The position numbers and the translations under genes were made by a program. Positions 40,604-55,094 of a stretch of DNA of 64,000 nucleotides are shown piece by piece. Each line of letters starts with the position of its first letter. The first letter of the stretch is position 1. Source of the stretch: Eledone cirrhosa. Lineage: Eukaryota. The notes below the pieces were generated by a model. It saw only the letters and a list, made by a program, of their open reading frames with translations, made no database searches and was not told the origin of the DNA. The stretch spans positions 110,856,001 to 110,920,000 of the forward strand of contig OZ024742.1 of assembly GCA_964016885.1 (NCBI GenBank), given 5' to 3'.

Positions 40604-41486
40604 TATATATATATATATATATATAATCCCTCTTTATTTGTTCATTTGTAATTTACTCGTGTGCTTCATACAAAAGTGCCATCAGTGATTTTAAACCAAC
40701 CATTTTGCCAACTGCAATATAGGGTTAAGGCTGAAACGAAATAAGGAAATAGGACATATACACAAACAATTGTGAAGTTATGAGCATATACAATTTGAAA
40801 AACGCAAGGGAAAAGGTGAAAACCCAAACTTATATGATAATAAATAAGGACAAATTCCTCCACCACCACTAACAGCAATAACAACAACAACACCATCATC
40901 AGCAACCTTAACAACAATATTAACATTAACAGTATCAACATCAACATTAACAACACTAATATTAAACACCACACCATTAACTGCAACAGCATTAACAATA
41001 ACGTCACTTTCAACAATATGCAGCAGCTATAACTACACAAGGAACTGCAGCAAAAATGAAAAAAAAGTGAAACGTGAAGCTGGAAGAGAGTGGTAGTAGA
41101 CAACTGCGGATGTCCATGCTGCTGTGGCTGTTGCCACCTACCACCGATTAAAGCCCCGAGAAGAACCGAAGAGGAAACAGTGACAAACGAAATCATCTCG
41201 TCTTCAGTACCACAAACAATTGCTACCACATTTCATTTAATGATTACGTTCACTGAAGTCTTGTTCAGTTTACATACTCCATTGAATACTGATGTTCAAT
41301 TCTGTATAAAACAATAATTTATCACTGTGATCTGAAAACCTTGCAATAGATAACATTCTAACATTATACGTTTTGTAGAACTTGGGGAAATAATAAGCTA
41401 GGAAAAAGAAAGAAAAAGACAAACAAATTTACAAAATTTGTGTACGTATGTATGCATGTATGTATGTATGTATGTATGTATGTATG

Positions 41487-41517
<31 letters not shown>

Positions 41518-42199
41518 GTATGTATGATTGTATGTATGTATATATGTATGTATGTATGTATGTTAGAAGACAAAATGGAAGTAAAATGAAGTAAAACACC
41601 AAAGACACAGAAAAAGCGAAAAATTCAGGGATAAATTGAAAGGAATCTAAGATGAAAGAGAGAAATAAGTAAAGGTCAATGATAAAAGAAATTATGGTCT
41701 TCAACGTAGTCTGTTGTTTTACCAATGTCTGAGTATTGACTTGAAACTAGTGTTTTGGTCTTGGTTAATAGAGATTAATGGAGCAAAACTTGTAGCGCGC
41801 GTGTAAAAAAATATAGAAATAAGTGCTCTTCAAATAAGATGAAAGAAGACACAATACAATAGGTAGAAGGTCTACTTCGAATAATTTCGCTTAGTAAATC
41901 AGTGTTCAAATACAATGTTTGTCGCATTGTTTTGTAAAAAAGACATTCACATAGTTTACTTTTTGATGTTTGATGTTAATTGTTGTTGAGTCCACGGTCG
42001 TTTTTATAAAGCAAATTTATGATAATAGATATTCCAAATGTGGCCATTCCGTATTTATGCGTGAAAGTGACATCATTTTCCATTCACTTCGTTTTTTCTT
42101 TAATATGTGGTTTCAAGGATATGTTTCTAATATCTTAAATAACTAGTGTGATCGTGCAGAATCTTTTTTCATGTGACATGATATGGCCTAAAGACTATA

Positions 42200-42845
42200 C
42201 AAAGCAATCCGTAGAAAGGATTGTCCACAGAATAAAATAAAATGGTTAGTTGTATTTGATGGCATATACATACATAATATGAAAGAGTACTTGTTGAATG
42301 TCCCAGTAAAAACCCCAATAAAATGCAAATATAACATACTAGACATAGTGATATGGGACAAAAAAATTAAGGCATGCGCAGTAATGGAAATCAGCTGCAC
42401 AACAGATATCACTGTAATACTAAAGATTAGCAAAAAGGGAAACAGTTATGCTTCACACTGACTATACGTTTAGGTTTGCAGCTGTAATCATTGGGTCTTT
42501 TGGATATTTACTAGCTACTTCAGTACACATCTTCAGAAGCTGAGCTATTTAGGAAATTGCAAGTATATGCCATTAATGGAACTGTAAAAAATTATAAAAC
42601 ATTTCAGACATTTGGCATGTAAAAGCTGCATATGCACAGGTATAGGCACAGGAACATATCTATGTGTACCCAAATAACTCTAATCATATAAATCAACACA
42701 TGTAACGACATTCAGAGCTACACACAGAGAAACACATTTACTTAGTGTTGTCTAAATTTCACTAAAAGAGAGTTGTCTCTGTTAGAAATCAGCTCTCTTT
42801 TTATTGGTGAAAATTTATAAAATGATAAAATCAGAAAAGCATACA
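42200..42845 (+). mobile_element. 3' fragment of an RLE-type non-LTR retrotransposon (R4/Dong/NeSL-like)
   Basis: KCKYNILDIVIWDK..CAVMEISCTTD resembles the PD-(D/E)xK endonuclease. The 3' UTR is homologous to 45085-45150. Confidence 0.65.
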
Positions 42846-42875
42846 TAAATGATCATGGACGCAAATATAGTCACA

Positions 42876-44110
42876 TGCGAGGATCGGCTGAAAAACTCAT
42901 AGGCTGAAAAAGATACTCTTTTTGAATGTGACCAAATGAGGTATATGATTCAACATGGTCCCCCTTGTGGTCCACAAACTTCTTCTTTCGGTGTTGCAGT
43001 GTTTGTACCCCATTCGTGAAGACGGTATCCTGTTGGTAAAAAAAAGTCATCACCATCAGATATATCGTCATTATCATTGCGATAGGGATTCCAGACCATG
43101 TTGGCGAACAAATGGTAGACAGATGGGGCCAAATTAGGAGCATAGGGAGGGTGATCAACCAGTTCAATGCTAGTCACACACAGCCGCCATTGAAATCAAG
43201 GACTTGTGTGCTAGAGCATTGTCTTGATAAAACATGACAACTTTTGTTAGTTTTCCTGGGCATTTCATTTTGTCTTGATAGTCTTTAGAAACTGCCTCAG
43301 CAAGTTGGAGTAGTACTCCCCATTGATAGCTTTTCATAACAGTCAATAAACACAATGCCTGTTACATTCCCAAAACTGAATGCATCACCTTTCCAGCAGT
43401 TGAAACGACCTTGGCTTTCCTTGGAGCAGGTAAGGAGGGATGTTTTCACTGCCTTTTTGTCTTCGACTCAAAGAGATGAATGCAACACTTATCCTGGGTT
43501 TGGAAACATTCAAAAAAACCAGCTGGATCTGCCTCAAACAATGTCAGATTTTCTCATGATGTGATCAACCTGATGCACTTTTGAGCAGAAACCTTCGTCA
43601 TACCAAATTAATTGTGTAGAATTTTCTCAACTCTCTCGGGATATGTTAATAGCATTGGCTATTTGCTTTATTGTCAATCGCTTGTCATCCATCACCATAT
43701 GGTGAGCACAGTCAATGTTTCTCTTGGTGGTGGTAGTTGCTCGACGTCCAGACCATAGGTCATGTTCAACTCTTTACCCTCCCCTCCTAAATTCAGCTGC
43801 CCACTTTTGTCCTGTTTATAAAGCTGGAGCAGCATCCCCTAATTTAGCAACTATGTCAGCATGTATGTCATTGGGGGCTAAACCCTTTTTCTGCATGTAC
43901 ATAACACCATTATGCCAAGGTTTGTCTATTTTGAAGAGAAATCGCTACCAGTTACATTTGAAGTCTTTTTTGAACAGTCAGATGTCAGTTTATATGGAAT
44001 AAAACAATGCAGTTATTAATAAAAATAATTTGGATTAATACATGCAAGATTTCACAGCTTTAGCATAACTCCTTCACAGTCAGCCTATGAACATTTCAGC
44101 CCAACCCCAA
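42876..44110 (-). mobile_element. Decayed near full-length mariner transposon
   Basis: Imperfect TIRs GGCTGAAAAACTCATAGGCTGA and TCAGCCTATGAACATTTCAGCC. Fragments QDNALAH, HPPYAPNLAPSVYHLF and VDHKGDHVE. Confidence 0.85.
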
Positions 44111-45059
44111 CATCAGAGAAACGTACATACTTAAGCAAAAATAATGAATTCAATGATGATATATATATAATTTAGCATAACTTACAACCATATCTATCCA
44201 GTCTTTTACGACTACATAATCTTATGTAACATTTCGTCATTTAAGACAATATGGGGTGCATTGAAGGAAAGAGAATTGATTGCTATTTCAAGCAAGTCAA
44301 GTGCAGATGTCAGGTATCCATTGTAGATGGAAATATTTGTTAAGTAGATTCGTAATTCCTGGAAGTATTTGGAAATATACGCTGAATAGATTTATTTCAA
44401 TATATGATTTAAGTGTAATATAAAAGGTCTCTGCGGAAAGATATTTTTACATTGAATACTAAAGATGGAGAATAAATAAATCATACAGATTGCAATTTTC
44501 ATTTGTATCAATAACTCACTCATTCACTCTATCAGTCAATGATCAAACGTTCTCACTTACTTGACGATCAAACGGTTCATTCATTTGGTTCCTAAGGGCT
44601 CTTCACATTTCTGCATCTAATATAAAACAGGCTGCGTTGCTTGATACGAGTGTCATTGCATTTAGATCTAAAAAGAGCGATCGATAAGATGATAACATAA
44701 ATTCGTTGAGGCTAAGTCTTTAAAGAGGACTATTGAAAGATAAGTGTTCTGAGATTAGAGCCTAATAAAATATATTTCCGTATGTAACAACTCGTAATTT
44801 CTTCATTTTATTAAGTTTGATAATTCGCCTGTTTATACAGTTGATATTCTTTGCCGGATCTAGATAACTATCGGTCTACTGTTAAATGCAAATGAAATAG
44901 CAACGAGGCAAATGATATCTATTACTCTCATCACCAAATATTTATAATTTGTATTAGCTTCACAAGGCTATATGGATGTATGTATGTATGTATGTATGTA
45001 TGTATGTATGTATGTATGTATGTATGTATGTATGTATGTATGTATGTATGTATGTATGC

Positions 45060-45535
45060 TTGATGGATGTATGTTCTTCTTGGTTTATAATTTCACAAAG
45101 TTTTACCAATAGAGAGAGAGTCGGTTTCTAACATAGACACAAGACTCTCTCATTGGAATTTACACAACATCAACTAGGTAGATATGTATGTATGTCTGCA
45201 TGTGTAGATATGGATGTTATTGTATGTGTGGATGTGTATGTTTTGAGTTATATGTGTGCATGTATATATGCTTTGTATCTGTACATGTGTATATGCAGTT
45301 ATTAGATGCAACATTTTTGGAATGTTTTACATATTTTTACTGTTCCATTAATGGATTGTACTTGTAATTTCCTAACTAGTTGTGTTCTTTCTGTTCCTGT
45401 GAAGTCTAGCTTCTCAAGATTTATATTGAGGCAGTTACCAACATACCCCAGTGCCCCTATAATCACAGGCATAAATCTGAAGGTGTAATCAGAGTGGAGT
45501 ATCTGCAGATTTCTCATCAGTTCTGCATAAATATT
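45060..45535 (-). mobile_element. 3' fragment of an RLE-type non-LTR retrotransposon within (TATG)n
   Basis: RNLQILHSDYTFRFMPVIIGALG..GTVKICKTF, flanked by (TATG)n on both sides. Confidence 0.75.
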
Positions 45536-45938
45536 GTATGTATGTATGTATGTATGTATGTATGTATGTATGTATGTATGTATGTATGTATGTATGTATG
45601 TATGTATGTATTATGGTCATCAGGTCACCAGTTGGTGCTACTGGTAACATGTATCCCAGTACAACCTGTCACATGGTCGGGTCGTTGGCGACTAAACTGT
45701 ATGTATGTATGTATGTATGTATGTATGTATGTATGTATGTATGTATGTATGTATGTATGTATGTATACTTGCATGTATGTATGTATGCATGCATGCAAGT
45801 ATGTATGTGTGTATGTATGTATGTATGTATGCGTGCATGTATAGTATGTATGTGTGCATGAAATATACACATATCTGTTTATCAATCCACCTATATATTA
45901 TACACAGACGTACAAACACGCACACACACAAACACACA

Positions 45939-45981
<43 letters not shown>

Positions 45982-46475
45982 ATATATATACATGTATGCA
46001 TGTGTGGGTGGGTGTGTACAACTTATTTATGCATTCTGTACAAGCCCCTTTCAAAATCCATTTATTAGTTGAGACTCCGAAGAAACGAATTCATTTTGTT
46101 TATCATTGAGTGTAGATCGGGTCATTTCAGATTTATCGAAGCCTGATGCTTGATTTCGTGCAATGTTGATAGCGATAGACACCTATCATACACAACTAAT
46201 TTTTGTTTTTACCTAAGTTAGTCGAACCACATAGTTTCAATTATTACTATTTCTCCAATCCGTAGAATTTGTATCGAATTTTCTAGTAGATTAATACTAC
46301 GAAGGTATATTATGGCAGCATTTGATAAAATAATGTGGCAGAGAGGGACAATCACACAGTCCCCTGATAACATGCTTGTACAATAGCTGTAAATATGTAG
46401 TTGTGCATTTGACATGTACGTTAACGGTTCAAGTAGATGTAATATACCTGTGTAATTTTGTATGTATGGATGTTT

Positions 46476-46515
<40 letters not shown>

Positions 46516-46694
46516 TATATATCGTAATGATGCTACATGTAACGCCGGTGTCGTCGGTCGGTGTTCTTGGCGTCACACCTTATAACAGATATTTACTCTG
46601 GACCTAATGTTTGTTTTTAAATTTCAAACCATATGCTTTGTGATTGCGTCAAACAAACAACTTCGATTTACAACTATCATATATATATATATCA

Positions 46695-47231
46695 CACCAT
46701 CTTTTGATGGATTTTTAAGTTTTGTCTTTTGGATCTGATTAAACGCTATTCTTTTGTTTTATTCTGACATGAATTGATCTCTTCTCATCACGTAAGATTT
46801 GTATCTGATGTCTTCATGCACAACATTTCTGATTGTTTATTCTGACACACGAACAGTTTTTGCAATTGACCTCATTGATTTTCCTGGATTGTCATCAATG
46901 TTTTTCTTAATTTCCTGAATAAATTCAGGTGTCCTGATAGAATCAGATCGTTTGCAATGTTTTTTTACATTTTGCTACTGGTAATACGCTTCCATCTTCT
47001 TTCTCTAACTCACACCGAATCTTGTGGACAAAAGATCTTGCAACTTTCAGAAAACGAGAAAGTTCTAAATCCCCATGCTTAGCCTTCAAAGCCACAATCA
47101 CAGTATGCCTTTTCATGTCATTAGTAAGCATAGTTATTTTCATTGTTTTTTTCCGAAATGGAAATTCAATTAAAATTAGTCAAATAAAATAATGACTAAA
47201 AATACATGTGTCCTCAAATACCCTCCGCATC

Positions 47232-47235
<4 letters not shown>
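46695..47235 (-). mobile_element. 5' half of a Tc1/mariner-superfamily transposon; its end is repeated inverted at 47578-47682
   Basis: MKRHTVIVAL..HTH region..DNPGKSMRSIAK..VHEDIRYKSY, with TIR CAGGATGCGGAGGGTATTTGAGGACAC after TA. Confidence 0.8.
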
Positions 47236-47302
<67 letters not shown>

Positions 47303-47352
47303 AAATTAGAAAGTGAATAACACAATATATAACTACTCCATGTTCATAACAT

Positions 47353-47392
47353 CTCTGCCTGATGAACGATCCAGAAACCTTTGGTAATGGAG
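47353..47392 (+). ncRNA. Minimal hammerhead inside a small inverted-repeat insert (47303-47470) in (TA)n
   Basis: CTCTGC CTGATGA ACGATCCA GAAA CCTTTGGTA ATGGAG. 47303-47341 is the inverted copy of 47387-47425. Confidence 0.6.
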
Positions 47393-47474
47393 TAGTTATA
47401 TATTGTGTCGTTCACTTTCTAACTAAATAGCCCTTTTTTTCCTTTGCTTTGTCTTCGGAATTACCTAACGTATG

Positions 47475-47509
<35 letters not shown>

Positions 47510-47531
47510 GTTATATATGTTGTTCACTTTC

Positions 47532-47580
<49 letters not shown>

Positions 47581-48167
47581 GGTGCGGAGGGTATTTGAGG
47601 ACACATGTATGTTTAGTCATTATTTTATTTAACTAATTTTAATTGAATTTCCATTTCAGAAAATAACAATGAAAATAACTATATAACCGTATGTGACACA
47701 CTAGTATCTGCTCATCCCGAAGTGAAAATGAAGTGGATCCTTGCCTTCACACCAAATCACAATCCAGAAAACACAGAGGACACACCCATATCAAATATAG
47801 ACACATCCATAACATGATCATTCACACAAACGCCACAATAGCCAATAAAAAAGCATCGCGGTCGCCATCCCCATCCCCACCAACACTACGAAAACCACAA
47901 TTACCCACAAAAGGAAAACATATACACCAACAACAAACAACCACAGAAACACCGAACCTTGTGCTATTGCCTCAGAAACAAAATGAGTATAACGATAGAG
48001 AAGGAAACTCTTTAAGGTCCCACAAACAGTCTGATTGAGCGCATGTCCCTGGGGACATATAGATTCCTGCGTTTGCCAAAGAAGTTTCTTAAACTGGCAG
48101 TGTTTAATGTAAAAATACTATAATTACATACATACACACACACATATATGTTTGATATATATATATT

Positions 48168-48312
<145 letters not shown>

Positions 48313-49820
48313 CATACATACATATGCATATATATATGTATGAACATGTAAACAAAAATAACAAATCATATAACAGTACAATGAAAAAAATATACATTTA
48401 TATATATACATGTGCATGTATGATGTATGCACATGTATGGACAAGTATTTTATGGCTGTATTACGATGAATCTTTCGTATGTTCCGATGAAACTATGAAC
48501 TTATGAATGTTTATAAATGCATAAATGCATGCTTATATATTTTATTTATTAATGATTAAAATATAAATATGCATGAATACATGATATAAATGTAGATACA
48601 TTACATATCAACCAGTATAAAAATATATTGTTTTTTTAAGCATCGAAAGTGTACTTCTAATCGAACTAATATTACAGTGTATACATGTCAAACGCCCTCC
48701 CGTGCGAAGCTGGTGGTATAAGCCCCAGCACATTCAATCCCATCCCAGTAGACTTTGTTCGTGTCAAAATGCTGTTTATTGGTGTTATTTTTGTTGTTAT
48801 CTTGTTCTGTAATTGTGATTAGTCCTTTATTGATTCTGCTATACCATTAAGATTAAGTACACATAAATGAATTTTGGGGGATTTCGGATTCTGATTCAAT
48901 TAATGAAAACTCTGTTTGCGTGTTATGTTATATATGTGTAGTTGCCACGTATGGATATATGTGATGTAGTATATATTTGAGATTCTTTTGACTACATATG
49001 TACGTGAGCATCTTATCTATATGGTTATTGTTTATTCCGTGAAGTTTGTTTTGGTACATCTATGTGTGTTTGTGTGTGAGCGCTCGCGAATGCAAGAGTT
49101 TAAGAATGCATATATGTGTGTTTTTGACGCCTTGATGCATGTATTGTCTTGCTGTGTTATGTTCGCAATTATAATGCTTAGTATGTATGTGTGTGTGCGT
49201 GTGTGTGTGTGCCTGTGTGTGTCCATATGTGGCTAGTTCTTATTTGATTTATATAAATGATGAAAGGACAAACACACTCACACATACATATACATAATGG
49301 GGTGCTTGTGTGTGCACACAAGGAGTAAAGAAGCATGTAAAGGAGTGCTTGTGAGTGAATATATTTTACATATATACGCAAGTTATGTATGTCTGTAAAT
49401 ATCGTTAAAACAGCCGTAATGTATATGTATGTATGTGTGTATCTACATGCATATTAATGGGTATATACGTGAGTGTCTAGCAATATGTATGTTTGTGTAA
49501 ACAGGGGTTAGTTGTTTATGTATCTGAATTTTGTTTTCCTAACAGGTGAAAAGGTTGAGCAAAGCTTGCTTTGCTTCAATTTCAAAAGAACACGTGCACA
49601 AATATTATGCTAATCAATAAGAGATAGCCATCTCTTTCACTTTTTCTCTATCTCTCTCTCTCTCTTTCTTTCACCGTGTTTCGTTTAAAAACACACATAA
49701 CACAGCACCAAACAACAAGCAGAAATACCCAAGCTCCATACACGCATCACACCACGACAACCAAACACCATACATACAATACACCACCATAGACACAGTC
49801 AACTACCAAACAGCCAAGCA

Positions 49821-49891
<71 letters not shown>

Positions 49892-50380
49892 ACTAAATAC
49901 CCAAGCACACAGTACACCAACAAATATACCATAATCCTCTATGCTCGACACACAGCCACATACACAGACCAACTGACACATACACACACACAGTCACATA
50001 CACAGACACACAGACATGCACACACACACACACATACACACACAGACGCACACACAGGCACACATACACAGGCACACACACACCACTAAATACCAAAGCA
50101 CACAAACTCCAATAAATATACCATAATCATCTATGCTCGACACACACACAGAGTCACAGACACACACATTCACAGACACATACACACTCACACATAGACA
50201 CATACACACACACACACATAAACATATACACACACACACACACACTCACACACATAAACATATACACACACACACACACTCACACACATACATACACACG
50301 CGCATACACACATACACACACACACACATACATACACACGCGCATACACACACACACACACACACATACATACACACGCG

Positions 50381-50445
<65 letters not shown>

Positions 50446-50652
50446 ACACACACACACATTCAAATACATTACCAAACATCCAAACAGCAAAGCACAAAAC
50501 ACTACACAACATAAATATTTACTTTATGATGAAATATATTTCAGCTTTCTTTTATATGTATTATTGATTGTTCAACTACAACCAAGATTATCTTTATGAT
50601 TTGATTCGAGTTATTATAGCCAGCAAAATAATCTTGTCGTTATTATTATCAC

Positions 50653-50766
<114 letters not shown>

Positions 50767-52599
50767 CATCATTATTTTGATAATGAATATCATTATTATT
50801 ATTATTGTTGTTGTTGTTGTTGTTACTATATTAATGGTTATGTAGCCTAAATTCGAACAACAATATTATTGAAACACAAATATATTTCGATGTTTGTGCG
50901 ATAGTGGTGGCATTAGTAATTGTGCTAGTATAAGTAGTAGCGATTATGGTTTTATTGATATCAGTAGCAGTGGCGATGTTTGTGACTAATAAATGAAATC
51001 ATTACTATGATCATATTATAATCATAATAATCATCGTCATAATCCCCATTAATATTATTATCAATCGTAGTAATAGTTTCTTATTGTTGGCTTTTTTTTT
51101 TCAACAACATCCGTAGAAACAATTTTCATCAACACCATCAGCAATTGCACCAACAAGAACATTGCGAATAACAAAAGATGGAGAATTCTTTTGTGAGATA
51201 TTTTAAGATTTAGAGATAGTTGTGTGTCTTTAATCAGACAAACCAATTTCTTAATTACAAGAAAACGTTAATCATAAATGATTGAAATAAATGTTTAAAC
51301 ATACTCTTCCACATTGAGAAAATATAAAATTATCACAAATGATTTATAATTAAATTATAAGTTAATACTAAAACATTGTTTAACATTGTAGCATCATTTC
51401 TAGTTTGTTAGCACAGTATAGACGAAGTGTTAAGTTGTCTTCACAATCCTAAGATCCTGGGTTCAAACCAATTTCGTCGCATCTTGGACAAGTCTAATTT
51501 CTCTCGGGTTGATCTAGGTTTTGTGAGTGAAAGTGAATAAATAAAAACCTGTTTGCAATCCCGTCGAAGGTGATAGAACTGTAATTCAAAGACCAACCAT
51601 GCCACACACAGAGTTATGCTAACTCTCCTTATGAATATATTTAATCAGACGCGTTTTCATGGACTACCATACCAATTCCACGTTAATTTCACGAGCATGT
51701 TATTCCTTTGATCGAACAACTGGGATATTCATCCTCAAATCTGATGGACGTTCACTGTTATCATTGCATAATTGATAACTGTTTCTGTAGCCAACCTGAT
51801 TACTGGAATTACTAGAAATAACAACACTATATCCCTCAAATCAAGCGCAGTGAAATTTAGTGAACAAGAGACGGCATTGAAACATGTGACCATATATATA
51901 CTATTTCGGAAACTTAGACGGCATAGTCACCTAGCCCTTCTTAAACCAGAAACTCAGTTGATTGGTGACAGATGGCTAAACAACAAGCAACTTCGTTAGG
52001 TGGTCCGCAGACATGCTAGAAACTATAGTAAGATTTTTCAAACAATCACACTCTGGAGACTTAAAAATAAACAGAATACAAATTTTATAATGTACTCCTT
52101 GAGACACCATATCTAAAATGTGAAGGGATTGTTACAAAGGAATGTTGTGGGTGCTATTTCTGCTTGGAGCACGGCTGGGTTGATGATAAACAACGAGCTA
52201 CCGAGAAAGCCTCTATGTAGTCATCTTTCCCGCTTTAAATAGCAGCTAAATGTTCTTAAAACCATAATCTATTTTCTTAAGAAAAGGAATATCATATATG
52301 AAATTGTAGTTCAAGATATAATTAATATGCCGAATACATCGGATGGTTACGGTTAGAATGCCTTGTATAATCAGTTTGGTTAATCAGTCCAAACCTGTGG
52401 CGAAACATAATACTCAGTAGTCAGTCTTGATGGAGTTTTGAAGGGTTAATAAATAAACTACCAGTGTAGGGCAAAGGGGTGGCACATTCGTGTAGATTTC
52501 GGCTCCCTGTCTCAGGTGTTGAATTCATACTGTCGAAATTTTTGGCATTTATTTTTCCGGGGTCGGAAATGTATCTTTATATTTTACAATATCTTTACA

Positions 52600-52830
52600 A
52601 TGTGGTGGCTTAGAAGTATCGGAGGAGCGTCGGACAACATGCTTTATGGCATAGCGTTACGACCCTTTACGATCTGAGTTATAATCCTGCCGAGATTAAC
52701 TTTGCCTTTCATCCTTACTTGGTCGATAGAATAAAAGAATAAAGAACCAGTAATGCACCGGGGTCGAGTTAATCGGCTTTGCCCTTCCTCAAAATTGTTT
52801 ACCTTGTGCCTAAATCAGAAACCAATATAC
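52600..52830 (+). mobile_element. SINE, same family as 21108
   Basis: GAGCGTCGGACAACATGCTT..CTTTGCCTTTCATCCTT..GGTCGATA..CCTTGTGCC. Confidence 0.75.
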
Positions 52831-53361
52831 ATATAATTCACGCTTTCCAAAAATTCTAAAGTATCAACAAACTGAGCTAACGATGTAAACCATTGCTGAA
52901 TAGCAATATTTAAAAACACATTCTAATATACCATATATAGTTCAGGATTAAAAAAGACAATCACAGAGATACAATTTCACAAATTCGTCTTAGTTTGACG
53001 CTTGTTGGAATAGAAAATAGAAAAAAAGGTTTTAATATAGCTGATATTAGCATTTCATCAGGAAAGACTAACATTTGGATAAAGAATAGGTCTGCCCCCC
53101 CCCCCCCCCGATTATCAGGATGGGTTAAGTTGGCAGGTATGGAGGGGTGTACGTAACCCAACATGCGTGTGGGGTTGTACAGAGCGTTAGGCTCTATCAT
53201 TGTTGGTATATGTGTGCGAATCAAGCACATGTTGTGAGAGTGTGCAACGCTGTTTTTAGTTTTTGTTTTAGTGCATGTGTAGGTATACTCACAAAGTGGT
53301 GTATATTTTCTTCGTGAATACTAATGTGTGTATATATATATATGTATGTTGCGTATGTGCA

Positions 53362-53500
53362 ACGGTGAAAGCGTGTGGCTGAGGGGTTAGAGAATTGGAT
53401 TCGCCATCGTGAGGTTGTTAATTCGATTCCCGGACCGGGCGATGTGTTATGTTCTTGACCAAGACAATTTATGTTTGACGTTGCTACTTCTACCTGGAGT
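53362..53500 (+). mobile_element. tRNA-derived SINE head
   Basis: GCGTGTGGCTGAGGGGTTAG..TTCGATTCCCGGACCGGGC, related to 2660-2940. Confidence 0.6.
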
Positions 53501-54136
53501 TATGACCGATAGATAGTATTAGCAATTGGGAGGACCAATGGAAACATTGTTTTCTCGGTCCGATTTGACGAAAGTCGATCGTTCCTTATGTGTAATAATG
53601 TGTGTGTATGTGTGAGTCAGTGTGTCTATGGGTGTTGTGTTGCGTTTGTGTATCCGGGTGAGATTGTGTAATTGCTGTGTGTATAAAAGAAGTGTGTCTA
53701 TCTGGATCTGTGTGGGGTGCGAGTGTGTCTGTGTGTGCGCGCGTGTGTCTGTGTATACCGTATGACAATAATATCAAATAGGCTATTGTGTTAGAGAGAA
53801 ATTTCTGTCGTGGGCGTCAGAGTTTAGGTTGAAAGTGCCCTGTAGTGTCCAGTAGTGGAATGGATGTTGGTGTGTTCTCACTAAAATATGAAGAAAAGAG
53901 AATGTTGATATAATGGGGTAGCTGACACAATTCAAATGAATTAAAACATTTCATATGATTTGTCCTTGAATGTTAGTGTGAGGTTTTTGTTGTAAATTCT
54001 TCATCAAATAGTTTGATCTCTAAGCCAACTGTACTTCATTTTAGCAAAAGCGATTATTTTCAGCCTTAACCATGCGTTCTTCAAACCCCTTTTAGGTCAA
54101 AGGAATTGGTAAGAGCTGTGCGATTCGAGATAACCG

Positions 54137-54295
54137 ACCTGTCAACTCTCCCCATCCGTGGGTGAGAGATGTCTTCGCTTATGAAAATGTAAATAGCTTT
54201 CATGTAAAGTCTCCCCATTTTGCCATATTTCTCCTCGTTTGGGGGTACTGTTTTTCATGGTACTCCCCGTTTGGATTTTTAGAGGTTGGCAGGTC
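54137..54295. mobile_element. Small MITE
   Basis: Imperfect TIRs GACCTGTCAACTCT and AGAGGTTGGCAGGTC. Confidence 0.45.
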
Positions 54296-55094
54296 TGCGA
54301 TGAATATATTATGAATTAATTATGGAAACTATTGACGTAAATGTAATTACTCAACTTGTTGCTAAATGCTAAATGAGCAATTTGTAATTATATTCTGCAC
54401 GATAATCATGTAAGAAAAGATTTCTGTTTTAATTCCTATATTCAAACACTTATGCAATTTTATTGAACGCATAAGTGGGGTCAAAGTTGTAGGTGTGATA
54501 TTTTAAGAAAGGGTTTATCAAACATGAGACGTTAGAATCAACGCTTCACAAAGCCATATCGAATAGCGGATAGTTGTGTCTTATGAACAGTCTTAACTGA
54601 TTACTACATATATTTACCGCGTCCGTTCACGACGTGATAGCCAACTATTGACTGAATCTAATGAAATAAAAGAAAAAATTGGTTCGTATATCAGTTTGGT
54701 TTACCATTTGAAATATATAAACAGAAACAAGGAAATAAATATTGCGTTTCCTGATAAATATCACCAGCAAAGCTCATACTTTTACGCCAATCGGCAAACG
54801 ATATAGAGATAGATTTTCATAGACTATTAATGTGCTGTCTAATCTAAGAAGATTATCAAAATTCTATGCCAATGGATAGTCTCTTTTCTCTTGAGAGCCG
54901 AAAAGAAATCTATAGCACATTAAGAAAAATTCAATATAATTAAATTCCTTCACCCAAAAATATCGTATATCACTTTTAACTGAATGTCTTTTTCCATTCT
55001 GTTTTAATATTATCTCAAGTACTTTTCGTCGTACATATATGTGCAAGCATTTCAATCTGCTGAAATTATATATATATACGTATGTATGCAAAAG

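Noticed and set aside
40666-41317. Leu/Val-rich and Cys-rich ORFs
   Set aside because: They derive from degenerate (CAA)n trinucleotide repeats and show no recognisable homology.
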